NCBI GenBank assembly: GCA_038496445.1 | Contig: JALMLS010000589.1 | Location: forward strand, 124,001 to 188,000 | Reading direction: 5' to 3' | Source: Trichosphaerium sp. ATCC 40318 | Taxonomy: Eukaryota > Protista > Tubulinea | Length of the DNA: 64,000 nucleotides | Program-made: the position numbers and the translations under genes | Part shown: positions 59,460 to 64,000 of the stretch, one piece after another | How positions within the stretch are numbered: position 1 is the first letter of the stretch | Layout of the letters: the number at the start of each line of letters is the position of its first letter | The notes under the pieces: model-generated | The model's database searches: none | Told to the model about the DNA's origin: nothing | The model's input: the letters and a program-made list of their open reading frames with translations, nothing else

Positions 59460-62008
59460 TTATTTGAAAGGTATATAAAACGGAATAGTACTATTCACAG
59501 TTTGTGGATCACAGGTACGTTTCCTGTAAGATGCAAATGCTCTATTCAATGTAGTAAGCAGTTTAATAACGAATTGATACGTTGTTGTCGTTGGAGCAAA
59601 AGCGAGCTCAGGTGCAGTTGTATTGTAAGGCGGTAATGCAAAATATGAAGCATCCTAAAATAAGAAAAAAATAAGATAAACAAAAAACACTTTGTGTTTC
59701 AAAGAAAAACGTGCATAGCGTTCAACCAAAGGTAAATTTTTTAAAAAATATTATATAGCTAATCGGTATATAAATACTTTTACAAAAAATTGTAACAGAA
59801 CTGAGCAGCATACACCCCAAGGGAGTAGGGTTTTTTGGAAAAAAAAAAACAGACGTACAGTACATGATAACATATCTAGCCTGTACCCATGTTTATTCCA
59901 AGACCAATTCTGAATGTTATACTTCTGACAATAATGAAGAGCTTGGTAAGTTTCTAAGAACCTAGTTTTAGGATCATTCGGATGTGACAAGTCAAGGTAG
60001 TATCGAATTTCATGAGGAAGATCAAGCTCAATAGCTGCAACTTGATACGCATTCATATCACACGTATATCCTCCTCTATCTATTTCGGAATAAAATAAGT
60101 AAGATAATATCCCATAAGGTAATTAGAAACACGTGTAGTGCATTTCCAAGAAAGAAATCTCAAAACTTGAAAACAGCACATTTTTTTTTCAAATACGAGA
60201 AAAAAGTGAATGTTGTTGAGGTGATGGTTTAACACTATAAAAAAAAAGTGCGTACTGAATCCAGGTGTCAAATCTTTTCTGTAAGCTATAGTTGTTTCCA
60301 TCCACACTCGAGATAACTCAGCCATATCATCCTAAACGAACACATAAAATTAAAAAGAGACAATCAAGTATAGGGCGCGTTCATACAAACAAAAAAAAGA
60401 AAAAGACTTAAAACCCAAAGACATACCCTGTGTGCGATGTACATATGTCCTAATTCATACGGCTTCCAATTAAACGTATTATTTTTACCCTTCTCATTAC
60501 ATGAAGGACAGTGCTTTGCCCAGTGTGGATGACCTCTCCTAAGAAAAAAAAATACGTCAACAAACAATTCGAGTTGATTCCTACTTACCAACCATGTGTT
60601 GGGAAACCATAACCTCCTATAGGTTTACCCTTTTCAACACCTCGGATATCATAAGGAGACATCATCAAAAAATCAGGGTCAGTGACAATCACAATGTCTT
60701 CTGGGAAGTCAACTTCCGTCACCTTAAAAAAAAAACAACGATTAATCTTAACCACCATAAACAAACGAGATCATAGAATGCTAGAGCGATTAAACAAACT
60801 GTGATACGTACAAACTGGTATACTGAACTAGGTTTATTCAAAGGTTTGAATCTATCTTTTGGATCATTATAAAAGCGTTCGTAAGACGGCAATTGAATGA
60901 AGTTAACCTACAAAAAAGGAAAACAACTAAGTAAATGCTTTGCTCAGTATTTTTTGGTATTCAACTAACAATGCACTCGGAATGGTTGTTAAAGGGTTGT
61001 GTGATATAAGTAACCAAATACGAGGTTGGTTGTAAAATGACAGTACGTACTTCCGGATAAGCTTTGATCATTTCTTTGATTCTTGGTGATAACACACCAT
61101 CACAACTCATCAATCTGCTCAAATTAAATGGTTTACCATTATCCAACCTAATGCAATAATGTTAATAACGATCTATGATTGTATACAATCATTTTAGAAA
61201 TGACTTTGCGTACCAAGATTGTATAACACCCATAGTCTGCCTTAAGAACAAATGTCAAACAACAATCAAAAAAAAATACAAAAAAGTTAATTAAACTATA
61301 TATCGAACAAATACAGCAAAAATAGAGTACCAAAGCTTGTGATCGATAAAACTGGAAAAGAATTATCTCATAATAAACAAATTTCTTCAAATCAGATAGC
61401 GTAGCTGGAGCAATTTCTTCCAAAAAAAAAAAAAAAATACAAAAACAGTACCAGTTATGATAATCACTACAATCAGTTGAGAAAATATAGTGAGCAGGAT
61501 AGAATGTTTTCTGAGTACTAAGAGGTTCTATAATAGACTCTTCTGAAACTTTACTAATATTTTGAGAATGTCTTGTAAGCATAAAAACGCCGATATTAAT
61601 TATTGAGACAACTACAACGAATAGTACACCAATAGTTTTTACGTCTAGACAGCAACAAAACGCTTTTTTTGTTTGGTTCTGAAATCAATGTAAGTACGTT
61701 GTAAGTTGATAATAGAGGTTTGAAGTCAGGTTTTCTGCGTTTAGAAGGAAATTGCAACGTTTAAAGACTTGTTGCAACTCGCGGAGTTTTTTTTTTGTAA
61801 AACGCGCTACTGAGTGCGTGGATATTACAATAGGCGTAGGGTAAGTTAATAATGGCCTACCGATAGCTTTTGATAAAATTTGACTCGTATAAACGTTTAT
61901 AGTGCACACATACCGCACAAAACGATTGGTTTTCGACATAGTACGCTTGTTGCAAAATATACGTACATTACCAGTCAACAAACCCCTCACGGTGCTGTTG
62001 TTCTCCAT
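59460..62008 (-). CDS. type II membrane glycosyltransferase, HPAT / peptidyl-serine galactosyltransferase (GT95/GT96)-like
   Basis: TM TIGVLFVVVVSIINIGVFML; HYIFSTDCSDYHNWQTMGVIQSW, LSRLMSC, KPLNKPSSV, VIVTDPDFLMM, CDMNAYQVAA, LHYCQ..WSWNKH. The 3' end is approximate. Confidence 0.75.
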
Positions 62009-62410
62009 GTTGAATAAATGCAAAGCGCCTACGTTGCTTGCAAACAAGTAAAATAGCTACTCGCAGAGATAGTCAAATTCGGTCACGTAATCATATTCGG
62101 AATAATTATTGCCATTCGTTCAAGATATTTTCCAAACACAAAGTTTCCTTGTACTCCGCTGCTCTCTAAGTGCGTACATCATTATGTGCAGAGGTTTTGT
62201 AGCTCCTGAGGGTAAACTTATCTCTGTACGTACGTCTTACTGGCCCCACTGGGAAAAAGTGCATGTGTATGGTCGCAATGGCTCCAAACCATTGTCAGTA
62301 AGCTAATCTACAAGTAAAAAAAAGTTGTGCAGTTAAGGCACGTGTAAACAATGCAAAAATAACGAGCTTGGCACCTTTTTTATTTTTTTCGGCTGAAACC
62401 GAATAATGTA

Positions 62411-64000
62411 TTACATAACCTCAGCTTCAAGAGCTTCCCAGTTATCCCCTTCCTTTTTGCTTAGTAATACTTCAATCTTTGTAGATAGAACGGCGAATTT
62501 CGATTTTTCAGGTACTACTTCAAGATACAGGTCGAATTTCCTGTTCCACACGCGTCCATCTTGAAATGCGACTGCTACCTCAAGCTAACGGCGAAGTTAG
62601 TTTCACAAAGATGCTCGAGAGTAAAAAACTATTCGTACACAACGCTCAGTGATGTTTATGACTGTTTTCTCCTTGTCAACCTTCTTTGCGTAGATATTCA
62701 ATGTTACTCGGATGTTAGACTGATAAAAATCATAGCGACATTGTACGCTTGATTGTTTTTTGAGTTCGCGCTTTTAAACTGTCAGCAAACAAATTGACAA
62801 GGTGTATTCAATGAAATAAACACTTTTTCTTTCTGAGCAAAAAACTTCTAAATGGAAACGTACAGTTGTTTTTACGAATCTGCATTTGCCTTCTGTACAA
62901 CCTGGAAGTGCTAGGCATGTTGTAAAATCAGCGCTACGCTTTTTACAGCACGTCCAACCTTAGGAAAATGTCAAACAAAGTTTACAAAAAACTGCTTAGA
63001 ACAAACGTACTTTTAAGACCTTCATGAAACAATGGCACACCCCAGTGATAGATACACGGTTTTTCATACGAAGAAGCGTCCTCATAAACAATATTGCATC
63101 CATTCCTCAAGCAAGGAGTTCCTACTGGTATTACAGCAGCCTCAGGATCTTCTAACTAGTATTCAATGTTATTTGTAGATTAAAAAAACATGGATTTAAG
63201 GCATTCATACTTCACGTTCATCTTCGATTTGTACTTGTTTTATTTTTGGTTTAGCCTTTGCTACGACTTTCCTGATGGTTGCTGAAACTGGAGAAGCAGA
63301 GCTCATATTTTTCTAAAAAGTGTAATAAGAACAAAAGCCAAAGAATCTAAAAAGCTTCTCCTTCGCCTAGCTACACTACGTACACCATCCCAGATACTTT
63401 TGTTTTTAATTCCTGATACTTGTTGAATCCAAGTATGCTTACCCCTAACGCATCCGGGGATCTTCTCAAAGTCGTCAAATGAGTATGTCTTCCTTCCACA
63501 ACATTGCCAAGTCTAAAAATCAAACAGTTACATTTTTTTGGTGTTTTAGATTATCAACGAACCTGACGACCTTCGTGAAACGTCGCTGGTCCCTTATGGT
63601 ATAAACAAGACCCCTCGGTATTTTCTACAATAGTTTACGTCAAAAAAAAGCCGAGAAACCTGTCACATTACCATCTTCTCTAAAAGACTCAAAGCAACCA
63701 AGCCTGCTACAACGGAATAGTATTTTCTACACTATTTTAGATTTTGCGTGTATTTGAAAGAAATTAACTGCTTTTTTTATGTACCACGTAAATATCCTCT
63801 TTATCCGATACGGTGGCGCTCACTTTAGCGGTTGGGTCGTGTGTTTTTCCGCTAGAACAGTGTTACGAAAAAAAACAATAAAAGAAGTAATAACACCTAC
63901 CTTTCGTTTTCAAACGATACCCCTCGTTTCTCCGCAGGTACAGTTGTTTTACTCCTGTATTTCTGAACGAAAATCTACTAGACACTTACTCCTGCACGTA
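62411..64000 (-). CDS. CHORDC1: CHORD-CHORD-CS protein (CHORDC1/melusin-like HSP90 co-chaperone), 5' end outside the window
   Basis: CSRLGC...CLYHKGPATFHEGRQTWQCC...FEKIPGCVRGKH; CLRNGC...[20 protein letters not shown]...PGCTEGKC; CS domain CRYDFYQS...TKIEVLLSK...WEALE. Confidence 0.9.

Noticed and set aside
1-64000. CRISPR arrays, rRNA, prokaryotic operons
   Set aside because: No repeat-spacer structure or rRNA motifs; the long tandem repeats are coding low-complexity tracts.

Overview
AT-rich (about one third GC by eye), gene-dense, intron-rich eukaryotic nuclear DNA, most likely from a free-living protist. An amoebozoan-like origin is an inference from the short introns, GTACGT donors, a candidate U12-type intron and the gene content. 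The ORF track mostly shows exon fragments, so gene models were rebuilt by hand from GT-AG junctions. Spliced genes: F-box/ankyrin; secreted metalloprotease-like mucin; granulin; a VIT...DUF2135 protein; GT31; kelch; RGS; C-type lectin receptor; BNR propeller; YWTD+DUF5054; UBA6-like E1; CLPTM1; EGF-multipass receptor; amino-acid permease; HPAT/SERGT1-like glycosyltransferase; CHORD-CS. The window also holds two identical tRNA-Met genes, a decayed TIR DNA transposon, a perfect 20-bp hairpin, and islands of mostly intronless F-box genes (F-box+MORN2, F-box+LRR, F-box+unknown domain) with their pseudogenes. The most striking item is the bacterial-type VIT/vWA-like/TPR/DUF2135 protein, whose middle carries in series an RS domain, an RGG box, FG/GFG repeats, basic NLS-like tracts and 15 RNA polymerase II CTD-like heptads. 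Also notable: a candidate non-canonical U12-type intron and roughly 10-fold enrichment of the palindrome CACGTG. All family assignments are from motif recognition; no database search was run.
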